Positions 1 to 10,987 of a DNA stretch of 64,000 nt are shown here, one piece after another. The stretch comes from Verrucomicrobiota bacterium (GTDB lineage: Bacteria > Verrucomicrobiota > Verrucomicrobiia > Opitutales > Cerasicoccaceae), in contig JBCBUK010000002.1 in NCBI GenBank assembly GCA_039818205.1, positions 192,001 through 256,000 of the forward strand, read 5' to 3'. Position numbers and translations under genes: made by a program. How positions within the stretch are numbered: position 1 is the stretch's first letter; every line of letters begins with the position of its first letter. A model generated the notes under the pieces. That model searched no databases and had not been told where the DNA came from. It saw only the letters and a list, made by a program, of their open reading frames with translations.

Positions 1-1
1 C

Positions 2-334
2 GCTGCCATGGACATCAAACACCTCAATAACGATGTGTGACTGACCAGGAGTTTCAATGGTGAATAGGCGGTCGGGATCATAGTCGGCCTGGTGGGAGGC
101 GACTTTCCAATTGCTGGGGTATTTGAGACTGAAACCAGGGCGACTAATGGTGCTCACCTCAGAGTCAGACCAATCGCCTGCGGCTTCGATTGCGTCCTCG
201 CGATCGTCCTCAGGGTCATCGAAGAAGAACGCCATTGGCAGGATCGGCATCGCCTGCACACTCAAGACGGTCAACGTTGCGAATAGGGTGAGGATGCCAG
301 CTACTCGGTAAATGCTTTTGCCCTGCTTCTCCAT
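2..334 (-). CDS. Secreted hypothetical protein, PsbP-like (partial; runs off the window start)
   Basis: Not in the ORF track. Hand translation from ATG 334 with an upstream GGAG gives MEKQGKSIYRVAGILTLFATLTVLSVQA (signal-like) ... GFSLKYPSNWKV, a motif typical of PsbP/DUF1795-like proteins. The frame is open to the window edge. Confidence 0.65.
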   Translation of the reverse strand, partial: MEKQGKSIYRVAGILTLFATLTVLSVQAMPILPMAFFFDDPEDDREDAIEAAGDWSDSEVSTISRPGFSLKYPSNWKVASHQADYDPDRLFTIETPGQSHIVIEVFDVHGS

Positions 335-393
335 ATTAACTCCTTAGATTAACAGATTGTTAAGCTAGCTCAATGTTCAAAAGTGTAAAAAAT

Positions 394-1749
394 TTACAAA
401 TGGACCGTTTCGTTGGGTAACAAGTCATAGACTTGGCGCTTAGGATCGATATCGATAAAATGATCAAAGAACCATTCGCGGGCCTCCTCGTCGCCGTGGG
501 TCAGGGCAATCGCGCGTGGGTCCAAACGGGCTGCAAAATCGGCAAGTTCTTGGCGATCGGCGTGACCACTCAGATCGAATTGATCAATCTGTGCGCGAAT
601 GTTGGCGGAATGGTCGAGCACGTTGAAGAGAAAATTTTCCCCATGGGCCGTTGCGAGCAACTCGCCGCCTGGTGTTTCCGGGTCGCTGTAGCCGACAAAA
701 CAAATCGAGTTTGCGTGGTCTTCCAGCATGGCGGCGGCTGCTTGGTACGAGGGCGTATACTGGACCATCATGCCGCTTGAGAGTAGGTAGATGCCGCGCT
801 CACCTGGATTTCGGCCTGGTTTGAATTCCGGTGGGCGTTGAACGTCGAGTGACTTCAGGATGGATCGCCGAAAATGGAGACCGCCGATCTTTCGCGCGAT
901 CGTGTCAAAATAATCGACGAGGTCCATGCCCAGCCCGGAACAGAATACTGGACACTTGGGAATCGCTCCGCGGTGTTTGGCGTCGTTTAAAACGTGGAGT
1001 AGCTCTTGCATCCTTCCAAGGGCAAACACTGGGATGAGCACCGAGCCGCCGCGCTCAAGCGTGTGGGTGATCGTGGTCAACAAACGCTCGATCTCGCTCT
1101 TGCGGGTTTTTTCCGGAACACGAGCGGTGGCACCGCGGGTGGTCTCCATAACCAAGGTGTCCGTGGGCACGATTGGAAAGTCGGCACCTTCGATCGTTGC
1201 CTGAGGCTGAAACATGACGTCGCCCGTGAAGAAAATTCTGCGGTGCTTGTAGACGATACTCAGGCCGGCGGCTCCAACGATGTGACCAGCACGGTGTAGC
1301 ATGAAGGTGAGTTCCTCACCGTCTCGCTCAATCGTCTTTTCCTGGTTAAAGGGTAGGCCAATCATGGCGGTATCCAAGGCGTCGACCTCCGCGAAGGTAT
1401 AGAGCGGCAACTCATTGTTGCGGGTCTCATCGCGCTGGCGTTTCATCACGTTTACCGAATTGCGCAACATGCGCTGGGCGAGCATGTGTGATGCCCGGCT
1501 GCTGACAAACATGGCCGTGGGATGTTGCCGGAAAACAATCGGCAATGAGCCAAGGTGGTCGAGGTGGCAATGTGTCAACACCACGAGGTCGAGGGAGACA
1601 TCCCTCAACAAGTCAAAGTTTGGAGTCGACTCTCGTCCAATTGATTTGGGATCCAAGCCAGAATCGATGAGGATGCGGAACGGTCCAATCTCGGCGAGCA
1701 AGCAGTTGGCCCCAATGCGACGTTGTCTGCCGAGATCGGTTAATTTCAT
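394..1749 (-). CDS. MBL-fold beta-CASP ribonuclease (YSH1/CPSF73-like)
   Basis: THCHLDHLG, AGHIVGAA, FTGD, METT, PVFALGRMQEL, SGHAD and HGD motifs. Likely start is MKLTDLG (ORF track starts at 1806). Confidence 0.9.
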   Translation of the reverse strand: MKLTDLGRQRRIGANCLLAEIGPFRILIDSGLDPKSIGRESTPNFDLLRDVSLDLVVLTHCHLDHLGSLPIVFRQHPTAMFVSSRASHMLAQRMLRNSVNVMKRQRDETRNNELPLYTFAEVDALDTAMIGLPFNQEKTIERDGEELTFMLHRAGHIVGAAGLSIVYKHRRIFFTGDVMFQPQATIEGADFPIVPTDTLVMETTRGATARVPEKTRKSEIERLLTTITHTLERGGSVLIPVFALGRMQELLHVLNDAKHRGAIPKCPVFCSGLGMDLVDYFDTIARKIGGLHFRRSILKSLDVQRPPEFKPGRNPGERGIYLLSSGMMVQYTPSYQAAAAMLEDHANSICFVGYSDPETPGGELLATAHGENFLFNVLDHSANIRAQIDQFDLSGHADRQELADFAARLDPRAIALTHGDEEAREWFFDHFIDIDPKRQVYDLLPNETVHL

Positions 1750-1814
1750 GACGCTTGAGTCTGAATTGATTGGTTCGCTAGTCGATGGTTGAATGCTGGA
1801 ATGCATGAAAGTTA

Positions 1815-2234
1815 TTAGATTTCGGCCGGCCCGAATCCGGGATTCGGGATGATCAATTGAAATTGCGGAATGCGGGTGAAAATTTTGGCTCCCTGGTCGT
1901 CTTTGCCGTGGAACGCACCTTCGGCCAAGGCGTTCTGGCTGGTGACGTGGTAGCTATTATAAGAGAAACTCTCACCGGGCGCTAGCTTTGGAGTCTGTTG
2001 AACAATTTTGTCTCCCTCCACAATCAGCTTACTCCCATCCGCGTTGGTGATGATCCATTTCCGCCCCAGGAGCGTCACCGTCCGGTCGGACAGGTTGCTA
2101 ATGGTGATGAAATAGATGAATGCGTGTTGTTCATCATCGGCAGGTTCTTCCATCTCTTGATGGATTATCTTGTCGATCGTTACCCGCAGGCCTGGTAGCT
2201 CTTCGGCGCTGCTGTTGTTTTCGGAAGGAGTCAT
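1815..2234 (-). CDS. apaG: ApaG domain protein
   Basis: FIYFITISN, LLGRKWIITNADG, VEGDKIV..P.L.PGESFSYNS and F..RIPQFQL match ApaG. Likely start is MTPSEN. Confidence 0.85.
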   Translation of the reverse strand: MTPSENNSSAEELPGLRVTIDKIIHQEMEEPADDEQHAFIYFITISNLSDRTVTLLGRKWIITNADGSKLIVEGDKIVQQTPKLAPGESFSYNSYHVTSQNALAEGAFHGKDDQGAKIFTRIPQFQLIIPNPGFGPAEI

Positions 2235-2283
2235 CGATAGCTTGCAAAAGTGGCTGTAGAAACGATTCAGAGCATTTTTCGTT

Positions 2284-2487
2284 CTAACCACCCGCCACAA
2301 TCCGCACGATCTCAAGAACATCGCCATTTTCGAGCACCGCTGCGCGTGCTTCCGATTGTGTCAGGGCCTCCCCATTGCGTTCGACCAAGACCCGTTCCGG
2401 TGCCTGTCCACGTTCTTCCAGGAACTTGGGCAACGCAATTGGCGAGTCGAGCGTGAAGGTTTCTCCGTTGGCAGTCACTTCTATCAT
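2284..2487 (-). CDS. thiS: Sulfur carrier protein ThiS
   Basis: 67 aa ubiquitin-like protein with VERNGE, L..GDVLEIVRIVAGG and the C-terminal di-glycine. Confidence 0.85.
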   Translation of the reverse strand: MIEVTANGETFTLDSPIALPKFLEERGQAPERVLVERNGEALTQSEARAAVLENGDVLEIVRIVAGG

Positions 2488-2570
2488 TGGCAAAACCGAG
2501 ATAGATGGCCGAATTCTCTGTTGAATGCGAATGAAAATTGCTTGGCTGGTTGTCGATTGCGGCTTCTCAG

Positions 2571-3239
2571 CTAGACCGCACGAGGATGCTCTTTCCAGGC
2601 CTCCCCGGGATCTTCAATCTGCGCAATGCCGTCCATAATGCGTTGGACTGCGACCTGATAGCGCTCGGGCTCACTTTTCCCGGGGTCGTAGGTGGCGGCG
2701 GGAATCGGCGGGCCAAAGCCAACGCGGAGTGGCTTGAGTGGGCGGGGTAGCTTGTGATGGCGGTTCCACATTTCGTAGCTACCAAAGATCCGCGCTGGAA
2801 CCACGGGCACCTGGGCCCGGCAAGCGATCAGGCCGACGCCTTTTTTCCCGTCGTGTAGTTCTCCGTCGGGGGTTCGGGTTCCTTCCGGGAAGACAAGGAG
2901 GGCGCCTCCGGCTTTGAGCGTTGCAAACACGCGGCGAAAGGCTTCGAGGTCGCGTTCACCATCCCGGTCGATGGGGATCGCATTCAGCTTGGTAATCAAG
3001 GAACCAAAAGCACCCTTCCAGAGGGTCTTGCGGGCAAAAAAGTGTAGCTCACGGGGGCACGCTGCCGCGAAGACTGGTGGATCAAGGAAGCTGGCATGGT
3101 TGCAGGCCAAGAGAAATGAGCCCTCTTTCGGCAGATGCCCGGTGCCAGCAACTTGTAGATCATTCCAGATGCGGAACCATCCAGCGAGGCTTGCCTGACA
3201 CTGGGCATAAAATGGTCTCATCTGAATGGCCTCAGACAT
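2571..3239 (-). CDS. plsC: 1-acyl-sn-glycerol-3-phosphate acyltransferase (PlsC family)
   Basis: NHASFLD (HX4D), FFARKTL, FPEGTR and VPVVP motifs. Overlaps the cmk stop. Confidence 0.9.
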   Translation of the reverse strand: MSEAIQMRPFYAQCQASLAGWFRIWNDLQVAGTGHLPKEGSFLLACNHASFLDPPVFAAACPRELHFFARKTLWKGAFGSLITKLNAIPIDRDGERDLEAFRRVFATLKAGGALLVFPEGTRTPDGELHDGKKGVGLIACRAQVPVVPARIFGSYEMWNRHHKLPRPLKPLRVGFGPPIPAATYDPGKSEPERYQVAVQRIMDGIAQIEDPGEAWKEHPRAV

Positions 3240-3891
3240 GTGTCGCCTTTTCTACTACGATGTCGACGACCTCCTCGAGGGTAAGGCTAGAGTTATCCAA
3301 TCGAAATGCACCTTCGGGGCAGGTGAGCGGAGCAGTTTTTCGGGAGGCGTCGAGCTTGTCACGAGCTTCAACGGAATCCTGTTGGCCCTCGGCAGCCCGG
3401 CGTTTGGCCCGGGTGTCGGTGTCGGCTTCGAGAAAGACGCGCAAGTCCGCATCCGGGAAGATCACCGAACCGATATCGCGGCCTTCCATGATTAAGCCGT
3501 TGAATTGGCTTTGGCGTGCGAGGTCGGCTTGGCTGCGCTGATAGTCGAAAAGAAACTGACGAACCGCGGGGACTGCAGCGAATTTTGAGACGCTGGCATT
3601 GACCGCTTGGCTGCGCAGTTGGCTATCGCTTGGGATTTCGCCATGCACGGCAATGCGGGCCGAACGTCCATCGATGTTGGTGCCCAGGGGAATCGACCTG
3701 AGGCTGTTTTTTACCGAATCGAGGTCATCACTGGAGACGCCGATCTCCATCAACGCAAAGGTGATGGCACGGTAGTGCGAGCCTGTATCAACGTGCATAA
3801 GGTTCAAGCGCTCGGCGACGGCGCGGGAGGTCGAGGACTTGCCACTGGCAGCTCCACCGTCGACGGCGATTACGATAAAGTCAGGATTCAT
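3232..3891 (-). CDS. cmk: Cytidylate kinase
   Basis: IAVDGGAASGKSS P-loop, DTGSHYRA, EGRDIGSVIFPDA and RDKLD. Likely start is MNPDF. Confidence 0.93.
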   Translation of the reverse strand: MNPDFIVIAVDGGAASGKSSTSRAVAERLNLMHVDTGSHYRAITFALMEIGVSSDDLDSVKNSLRSIPLGTNIDGRSARIAVHGEIPSDSQLRSQAVNASVSKFAAVPAVRQFLFDYQRSQADLARQSQFNGLIMEGRDIGSVIFPDADLRVFLEADTDTRAKRRAAEGQQDSVEARDKLDASRKTAPLTCPEGAFRLDNSSLTLEEVVDIVVEKATHV

Positions 3892-3944
3892 GGTCGGGAT
3901 TACCTTGCAGCACGTTCTTGGGGCAGCGCCACCCAAAATCTCGA

Positions 3945-5165
3945 TTATTCACCACGGCGAAGTGTGACGACGTTCTCAATATGCCGCGTTTGGGGAAATA
4001 GATCGAAGGGTTGGACACGCTCGATGATGTAGCCTCCCGCACGCAGAAACTTAAGATCGCGGGCCTGCGTAGAGGGGTCGCAGGAGACATAAACAAGGCG
4101 GGCTGGGCCGAAGTTCAAAAGTTGCTGCAGGAAGAGCTCATCGCAGCCGGCGCGCGGCGGGTCGATAATCATCGCTGATTGGTCACCCGGGAAGCTCAGC
4201 GATTGAAAGATCTCCTCCGATTTTCCGATGGTAAACTCAGCGTTCTCGATTCCGTTGGCGGCCGCATTGACGCGTGCTTGCTCCACGGCCTGCGCATTGA
4301 TTTCGACGCCGGTCACTTGTTCGAACTGCCGCGCAGCACACAAGGCGAAAACGCCGACTCCGCAATAGGCGTCGACCAGATATTTCAAACCATCTTGCTT
4401 AGCCTGCTCCAACACATAATCGATGAGCTCAGGCAAGATGAACGGATTGTTTTGAAAGAAGTCGCCTGCTTTGAATTGAAAGACGATGTCTTTGACTTTT
4501 TCGGAAACGCCTTCTCGCGGATCCGTGATTACGCCTTCCAGGGTGTGGCGCAGCAGCAAGGTCGATCCGCGCTTAAATTTATCCTTCCGCGCAATGAGTT
4601 TGGCCCGCTCTTGCGGCAGGGCTTCGTTGATCGCCTCGGTGGCGATTGGGCATTGGGCAACATCGACCATCTGGTTACGGCGCCCATACTTCAGAAATCC
4701 AATGTGAAACTCCCGTGACTTGCCGCCCGGATGATGGGGCGTAAGCTTGGAGCGATAGTTAAACTCGCGGGGCGACCCATGGGCGGGCTCGACGTCGATA
4801 TCGGTAATCTCGCCAATGCGTTCCAACAACTCGCGAACCTGGCCACGTTTCCATTCTTTTTGTCCCTCGTAGGCAAGGTGCTGGTATTGGCATCCACCGC
4901 ACTCCCCGAATAGCGGGCACTTGGGGTCGACTCGTTGCGGAGAGTGCTCGAGGACTTCGATGAGATCGGCATCCGAGTAGTTTTTGTGGTTGCGAAAGAT
5001 TCTTGCCCGCACGCGCTCACCCGGCAGGGCAAAGGGGATCATGATCACCCAGCCATTGTCGCGAGCGAGCCCATGGCCGAGGTTGGTCAAGGTCTCGATC
5101 GTCAGCTCGATCTCATGGTGGTAAGGATACGGGTCTGGATTAAACTTTCGCGGGATTTCGCTCAT
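3945..5165 (-). CDS. TRAM-domain 23S rRNA m5U methyltransferase (RlmD/TrmA family)
   Basis: ALPGE TRAM domain, CPLFGECGGC Fe-S motif, FFQNN, DAYCGVG, DPPRAG, YVSCDP and DLFPQTRHIE. Confidence 0.92.
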   Translation of the reverse strand: MSEIPRKFNPDPYPYHHEIELTIETLTNLGHGLARDNGWVIMIPFALPGERVRARIFRNHKNYSDADLIEVLEHSPQRVDPKCPLFGECGGCQYQHLAYEGQKEWKRGQVRELLERIGEITDIDVEPAHGSPREFNYRSKLTPHHPGGKSREFHIGFLKYGRRNQMVDVAQCPIATEAINEALPQERAKLIARKDKFKRGSTLLLRHTLEGVITDPREGVSEKVKDIVFQFKAGDFFQNNPFILPELIDYVLEQAKQDGLKYLVDAYCGVGVFALCAARQFEQVTGVEINAQAVEQARVNAAANGIENAEFTIGKSEEIFQSLSFPGDQSAMIIDPPRAGCDELFLQQLLNFGPARLVYVSCDPSTQARDLKFLRAGGYIIERVQPFDLFPQTRHIENVVTLRRGE

Positions 5166-5284
5166 CCTGCACATCCGTATGCGGATGCAGCCCGACAAAC
5201 GAGCACTTTTTTATCCTCTACGATTTGCGTGGAGGCGGTAAATAGAGTCGCATTCGCCAACTGGATGCCTAACTTGCATTTCCG

Positions 5285-6094
5285 ATGTCCCGCTTTCCCC
5301 GAATTGAATCGCGACAAAATCCGCGTATCAAGAGCCTGGTTCGATTGAAAAATGCCCGGGATCGGACGACGCAGGGACGTTTTATCGTCGAAGGAGAGTT
5401 GGAAGTTGCTCGCGCGTTTGCTGCAGAGCGGATTATTCCTGAGCTCTTTCTGTGTCCGGATCATTGGCGGGATGGCGACCGTGTGGAGACGATCATTTCG
5501 CAGGCGCGCTTGCAGCACACTAAGATCACTGAGTTGCCACCGGAGGTGTTTGCCAAAGTTTCTTTACGGGAAGGCGCTGATGGCGTGTTGGCCGTCGCGT
5601 CCCACAAGCCGCTTTTGATGAAGTCACTGAAGTTGCCGGATGAGCCGCTTCTTGTAATTGTCGAGAAGATTGAGAAGCCGGGCAATTTGGGTGCGTTGAT
5701 TCGCACCGCGGAAGCGGCGGGCGCCCATGCGCTGATTGCGTGCGATGCGGTAGCGGATTTCGAGAACCCCCAGGTCATCCGCAATTCGCGTGGTTTGGTG
5801 TTTTCGCTACCATGCGTACATTCCGATCGTGAGCAGTTGGAGAGTTTCCTGGAAGAGAAGGGAATCCGCACGATTGCGACCACGCCCCATACGGAGCTTG
5901 AGTATTGGGACGCTCCAATGGCGGGTCCACTCGCAGTTCTGGCGGGAGCCGAGCACGACGGCTTGAGCGACTATTGGCTGGAGCGCGCATCCGCGAAGGT
6001 TCGCATCCCGATGGAGGGCTCTGCGGACAGCCTCAACGTGAACATTGCGACGGCTGTTGTCTTGTTCGAAGCGCTGCGTCAGCGGCGAGATTAG
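5285..6094 (+). CDS. TrmH/SpoU family RNA methyltransferase
   Basis: EKPGNLGALIRTA, GAEHDGLS and IPM.G..DSLNV SPOUT motifs. Confidence 0.92.
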   Translation: MSRFPRIESRQNPRIKSLVRLKNARDRTTQGRFIVEGELEVARAFAAERIIPELFLCPDHWRDGDRVETIISQARLQHTKITELPPEVFAKVSLREGADGVLAVASHKPLLMKSLKLPDEPLLVIVEKIEKPGNLGALIRTAEAAGAHALIACDAVADFENPQVIRNSRGLVFSLPCVHSDREQLESFLEEKGIRTIATTPHTELEYWDAPMAGPLAVLAGAEHDGLSDYWLERASAKVRIPMEGSADSLNVNIATAVVLFEALRQRRD

Positions 6095-6098
6095 GTGA

Positions 6099-6455
6099 TT
6101 ACTCGGCCTCGTTGGTCTCTACGACGTCCTCTCCATGGCCCAGGTAATGAGGGGGCGGCTCGTAGGCGGGTGGAGGCGTATAGGAAGTGTTCCCATCGCC
6201 GCGCATGCCGCGATACGAATCAAATTGGCCTGCTCCTCCCGCCGTTTGCCGATGGGCCGTTGGGCTGAGGGGCGAGCCGTTATTCACAATGCCCCGAGAC
6301 GTGTTTCGGGTGGGATAGGCGCCGCGCGTTTGATCTGCGCCTGTATCATAAGCCTCTTGGTAGGGATCACCCATCTCGGCATTTTCGGAAATCGACTCGT
6401 CTTCCGAACAGCCAAGGATCAGGGCGGCCGCTAAGATCAGGAGAAGGTTTTTCAT
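6099..6455 (-). CDS. Small hypothetical lipoprotein
   Basis: MKNLLLILAAALILG-C lipobox followed by a low-complexity, probably disordered mature part. Confidence 0.7.
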   Translation of the reverse strand: MKNLLLILAAALILGCSEDESISENAEMGDPYQEAYDTGADQTRGAYPTRNTSRGIVNNGSPLSPTAHRQTAGGAGQFDSYRGMRGDGNTSYTPPPAYEPPPHYLGHGEDVVETNEAE

Positions 6456-6662
6456 GAGGAAACTTTAGCCCATCTGACGGCCAGGAATCAATCCATTACG
6501 CGCCGGATTCCGGCTCTTGGTTCTTTGCGATGGGGCGATTTTGGCGCAAATGTGCACAAATGTGTTGGTTATCAAAGGTAGCGGATTCCATGGGATTTGG
6601 TTTATATTATCAGATGCCTGAACCGTCCAGTTTCCTGGAGAGGTATCAACCTAGAGGCCCCA

Positions 6663-7961
6663 ATGAAATACAATCGACGAAGCTTCCTCAAAGCCGCTGG
6701 ACTCGCATCAGTGGCGTTTCCGACGATCATTCCGTCACGCGTTCTCGGTGACACCGCGCCTTCCAAGAAGATTACCTTGGGTTTCATTGGAGTGGGCTAT
6801 CAGGGAACGAAGCGAAATCTAACCACCTTCCTGAACCAGTCGGATTGCCATGTGGTCAGTGTTTGCGACGCCTATATGGACCGGACTGAAAAGGCCCAGA
6901 AACAGGTCAACGAGGCCTATGGAAACCAGGATTGTAAAGGCTACCAGGATTTTCGTGAGATCATTAACGATCCATCGATTGACGCCGTAGTCATTTCGAC
7001 GCCCGACCATTGGCACGTGCCGATGTCGATCATGGCGGCGATGGCGGGAAAGCATGTTTTTTGCGAGAAGCCGACTTTGTATATCGACGAGGGGCGCGAA
7101 CTGGCGGACGTATGCGAACGACAAGGCATCGTTTTTCAGGCTGGCATCGAAGATCGGTCGCTCGTGCACTACCACAAGATGGTCGAGTGGGTGCGCAACG
7201 GGGAGATTGGTGATCTTGAGCGTGTTATTGTGGGCGTTCCCGGTGGCCTCAGCTATCCCAAGGAGAAGCCCGTCGCTGTGCCAGCGGATCTGGACTGGAA
7301 CCTTTGGCAGGGGCCGGCCGCCTTTCACGATTTTACCGCGAACCGCACCGGCTTTTGGCAGTGGCGGAGCATCGGTTCCTATTGTCAGGGTGCGATTTTG
7401 GATATGGGAACCCACCTGGCAGATACCGCGCAGCTCGGCGTGAACGATCCGAATGTGGTGCCGATCGAAGTTTCAGGGACTGGTGAAATCCCACAAGACA
7501 GCATGTCGAATGTGCCCGTAAGCTTCGATTTGCTCTACCGTTACAGCAATGGGGTTGAGATGCAGCTCAAGAATGGCCCCAAGGGAGGCTGGGATCCGGA
7601 TAGCTGCTTCTTGGAATTCCAGGGCAGCAAGGGGTGGATTCGGCGCAAGTCGTGGAGTGCGGGGATTGAGGCAAGTGATCGGAACATTTTGCGCACCCGC
7701 TATGCAGACGGGGAGAGTGTCTATTGGCCGCTCCCGCCCAATGAACAGCGCGATTTTCTCGACGGTATTATATCGGGCAAGCGGACGACCTATCCGGCGA
7801 TCGACCTGCACGACATGTCCACGATGCTGCACATGGGCGTGATCTGCGTTGAGCTGGGTCGCCCGCTTAAATGGGACCCCGAGGCCGAGGTATTCGTCAA
7901 CGACGACGAGGCAAACCGCCTGCGACAAGGTCCAGTTGCCCGCGACTGGGAAAATGCCTAG
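6663..7961 (+). CDS. Tat-exported Gfo/Idh/MocA family oxidoreductase
   Basis: NRRSFLK twin-arginine signal, [22 protein letters not shown] and DWNLWQGPA. Confidence 0.9.
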   Translation: MKYNRRSFLKAAGLASVAFPTIIPSRVLGDTAPSKKITLGFIGVGYQGTKRNLTTFLNQSDCHVVSVCDAYMDRTEKAQKQVNEAYGNQDCKGYQDFREIINDPSIDAVVISTPDHWHVPMSIMAAMAGKHVFCEKPTLYIDEGRELADVCERQGIVFQAGIEDRSLVHYHKMVEWVRNGEIGDLERVIVGVPGGLSYPKEKPVAVPADLDWNLWQGPAAFHDFTANRTGFWQWRSIGSYCQGAILDMGTHLADTAQLGVNDPNVVPIEVSGTGEIPQDSMSNVPVSFDLLYRYSNGVEMQLKNGPKGGWDPDSCFLEFQGSKGWIRRKSWSAGIEASDRNILRTRYADGESVYWPLPPNEQRDFLDGIISGKRTTYPAIDLHDMSTMLHMGVICVELGRPLKWDPEAEVFVNDDEANRLRQGPVARDWENA

Positions 7962-8092
7962 ACCGAAGAGGTTTTCATGGAGCAATCCAATTCCCGGTTG
8001 CCTAGGCTGGCGAAACAAGTGCCGTGAGGATTTTGTTTTCCACGGCCCTGCGCCCATGGTTTTGGCGAGGAAACGAATTGATTCCTTTGCCT

Positions 8093-8120
8093 TTGACAGG
8101 CGTGCTAGAGCGGTTCTAAT
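8093..8120 (+). promoter_or_regulatory. Candidate sigma70 promoter for leuC
   Basis: TTGACA (8093-8098), a 16 bp spacer, then TCTAAT (8115-8120), 26 nt before the leuC ATG. Confidence 0.5.
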
Positions 8121-8146
8121 TTGGAACGTTTCTAAGTAATCGCGAT

Positions 8147-9571
8147 ATGGGTAAGACGCTATTTCACAAAGTCTGGGAAGATCACGCCGTCCGGCAATTG
8201 CCGAATGGTCAAACGCAGTTGTTTATTGGCACGCACCTCATTCACGAGGTGACCTCGCCACAGGCCTTCGGTATGCTGCGCGAACTCGGGCTGCCCGTGA
8301 AATACCCGCACCGCACCTTTGCGACCGTCGACCACATTGTGCCGACAGATGAAGCGGTTGAGCCCTACAGCGATCCCTTGGCTCAGGCCATGATTGAAGA
8401 GCTGCGCAAGAATTGCGCCGACAACAAGGTTGAGTTCTTCGACACCAATACTGGTAAGCAGGGCATCGTCCACATTGTTGGCCCGGAGCAGGGGATTACC
8501 CAGCCGGGAACCACCATCGCCTGTGGTGATAGCCACACCGCGACTCATGGAGCCTTTGGCGCAATCGCCTTTGGCATCGGCACCAGCCAGGTGCGTGACG
8601 TGTTGGCCACTCAAACGCTGGCCCTAAACGAACTCAAGGTTCGCCGGATTAATGTGAATGGCCGCTTGAGCCCCGGTGTATACGCGAAGGATGTTATTTT
8701 GCACATCATCCGCGTGCTTGGTGTGAATGGTGGTTTGGGATATGCCTACGAATATGGCGGAGAAGTCTTCGACCGCATGACCATGGAAGAGCGGATGACG
8801 GTCTGTAACATGGCGATTGAAGGTGGAGCCCGCTGTGGATACGTGAACCCGGACCAAACGACTTTTGACTATTTGAAGGGCCGCCCCTATTCGCCAAAGG
8901 GTGCTGAGTGGGATGCCGCGGTCGAGAAGTGGGCGAGCTACGCGAGTGATGCAGACGCCGTTTATGACGACGTTTACAACATCGACGCAGCCGACATTAA
9001 ACCAACTGTGACTTGGGGCATCAATCCTGGCCAAGCGGTCTTCATTGACGAAATCATGCCTTTGCTCTCTGAGCTGGGTGGTTCCGACCGAGCGACCGCG
9101 CAGGAAGCCTACGAGCACATGAAGTTTCAAGAAGGCGAACCCATCGCTGGAACCAAGATCGATGTCGCTTTCCTTGGCTCCTGCACCAACGGGCGCCTGA
9201 GTGATCTCGAAGAAGTTGCCCAATATTTGAAGGGCAAAAAAGTGGCTGAGCACGTCAAGGCGATCTGCGTTCCTGGTTCGCAAATTGTGGCCAAGATTGC
9301 GGAAGAGAAGGGCCTCGATCAGATTTTCCGCGATGCTGGCTTCGAATGGCGCGGTGCGGGTTGCTCCATGTGCCTGGCCATGAATCCAGATAAGCTTGTT
9401 GGCGATCAGCTCTCAGCGAGCTCTTCGAACCGCAACTTTAAGGGGCGCCAAGGCAGTGTCACTGGTCGGACCCTCTTGATGAGCCCCGTGATGGTGGCTG
9501 CAGCCGCAATCGCTGGCGAAGTCACCGACGCGCGCGAACTCTTCCAGGTGGAAGCTGCCGTGACGGCCTAA
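8147..9571 (+). CDS. leuC: 3-isopropylmalate dehydratase large subunit
   Basis: [38 protein letters not shown] and [10 protein letters not shown]. Confidence 0.96.
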   Translation: MGKTLFHKVWEDHAVRQLPNGQTQLFIGTHLIHEVTSPQAFGMLRELGLPVKYPHRTFATVDHIVPTDEAVEPYSDPLAQAMIEELRKNCADNKVEFFDTNTGKQGIVHIVGPEQGITQPGTTIACGDSHTATHGAFGAIAFGIGTSQVRDVLATQTLALNELKVRRINVNGRLSPGVYAKDVILHIIRVLGVNGGLGYAYEYGGEVFDRMTMEERMTVCNMAIEGGARCGYVNPDQTTFDYLKGRPYSPKGAEWDAAVEKWASYASDADAVYDDVYNIDAADIKPTVTWGINPGQAVFIDEIMPLLSELGGSDRATAQEAYEHMKFQEGEPIAGTKIDVAFLGSCTNGRLSDLEEVAQYLKGKKVAEHVKAICVPGSQIVAKIAEEKGLDQIFRDAGFEWRGAGCSMCLAMNPDKLVGDQLSASSSNRNFKGRQGSVTGRTLLMSPVMVAAAAIAGEVTDARELFQVEAAVTA

Positions 9572-9603
9572 CGGGATTCATCGCGAATCGCTTAGATTTA
9601 CCG

Positions 9604-9640
9604 GACCCGAGGATTCATCGATCTTTGGGTCTTTGTTTTT
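9604..9640 (+). terminator. Rho-independent terminator after leuC
   Basis: GACCCGAGGAT/ATCTTTGGGTC stem (with G-U pairs) followed by TTTGTTTTT. Confidence 0.7.
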
Positions 9641-9901
9641 GAGAAAGGAGCCCGCCCATTGTTTTGGGTAAAACTTTTGCACACCGTGTCCGTGAAAATT
9701 CTGCCTGGATGGGAGCAATCTGGATTCGCTCGGCGCTTGACCTTAGTGTGGTGAGAATTTTTTTTGGAAAAGTTGGAAATAAATTAAGAGATGATTAACT
9801 CTTTTTTCGTGAAACCAACGCCTTGAACCACTGTCTCGGGAAACAAGATTCACGTTTACTCGAGGTGGCCGTTTGGGGATCACCTGAAAACCTCTTCCAT
9901 T

Positions 9902-10894
9902 ATGACTGCAAGCACCCTGTCCGAAGTTAATGATCAAGTGAAGGAGGCTTCCTCCTGGGTCCCGCTCCTGCGCGAGGAAATCGCGAAGGTCATTGTGGGC
10001 CAACACTACCTTGTCGACCGATTGATCGTCGGTATGCTCGCCAATGGGCACGTCCTCCTCGAGGGGGTTCCTGGTTTGGCGAAAACATTGTCGGTGAGAA
10101 CGCTGGCCAGCGCGGTTGAAGCGGATTTCTCCCGTATCCAATTTACGCCGGATCTCTTGCCCGCAGATATTGTTGGGACTCTGATCTACAATCCGCAAAA
10201 GGCTGAGTTTTTCACGAAGCGCGGGCCCGTGTTCGCGAACATTGTCCTGGCGGACGAAATTAACCGAGCGCCGGCAAAAGTGCAAAGTGCGTTGCTTGAA
10301 GCGATGCAAGAGCGGCAGGTGACGCTCGGTGATGAAACGCACGCCTTGCCCGCGCCATTTTTGGTGCTAGCAACTGAGAATCCGATCGACCAAGAGGGAA
10401 CCTATCCGTTGCCCGAGGCGCAGGTCGACCGCTTCATGCTGAAACTCAAGATCGGCTACCCGAGCCGAGAGGAGGAGCGAAAGATCCTGGACAGCATGGC
10501 ATCCACCACGCCGAAGACCGAGGTCAAGTCAGTCATCAAACCGGAGGACATCATTGAGGCGCGGAAGGTTGTCGATCAGATCTACATTGATGATAAAGTG
10601 CGTGATTACGTCGTGGACCTGGTTTTCGCGACGCGTCGTCCGAGCGATTTCGGATTGAATATCGACAACTTCGTACAGTTTGGTGCGAGTCCGCGGGCCA
10701 CGATTGCGTTGACCTTAGCGGCGAAAGCTTGGGCGTTTTTGCAAGGTCGTGGCTATGTTACGCCTCAGGATATTAAGACAATTGGGGTGGATGTATTGCG
10801 TCACCGCGTGATCCCTTCCTATGAGGCGGAGGCGGAGGACTTCACCAGTGAGCATTTGGTCGCAAAGATCTTTGAAACCGTTCCCGTTCCTTGA
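9902..10894 (+). CDS. MoxR family AAA+ ATPase
   Basis: [42 protein letters not shown] and [14 protein letters not shown]. Confidence 0.95.
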   Translation: MTASTLSEVNDQVKEASSWVPLLREEIAKVIVGQHYLVDRLIVGMLANGHVLLEGVPGLAKTLSVRTLASAVEADFSRIQFTPDLLPADIVGTLIYNPQKAEFFTKRGPVFANIVLADEINRAPAKVQSALLEAMQERQVTLGDETHALPAPFLVLATENPIDQEGTYPLPEAQVDRFMLKLKIGYPSREEERKILDSMASTTPKTEVKSVIKPEDIIEARKVVDQIYIDDKVRDYVVDLVFATRRPSDFGLNIDNFVQFGASPRATIALTLAAKAWAFLQGRGYVTPQDIKTIGVDVLRHRVIPSYEAEAEDFTSEHLVAKIFETVPVP

Positions 10895-10987
10895 TCGAGT
10901 TTCCGGTATGTTGGGCGCTGTCTGATCGGCAGCCTTCGGTCACGCCAGGTGCGTTCACGTTTTAACCTTTGTTGTCACGATACCGTT

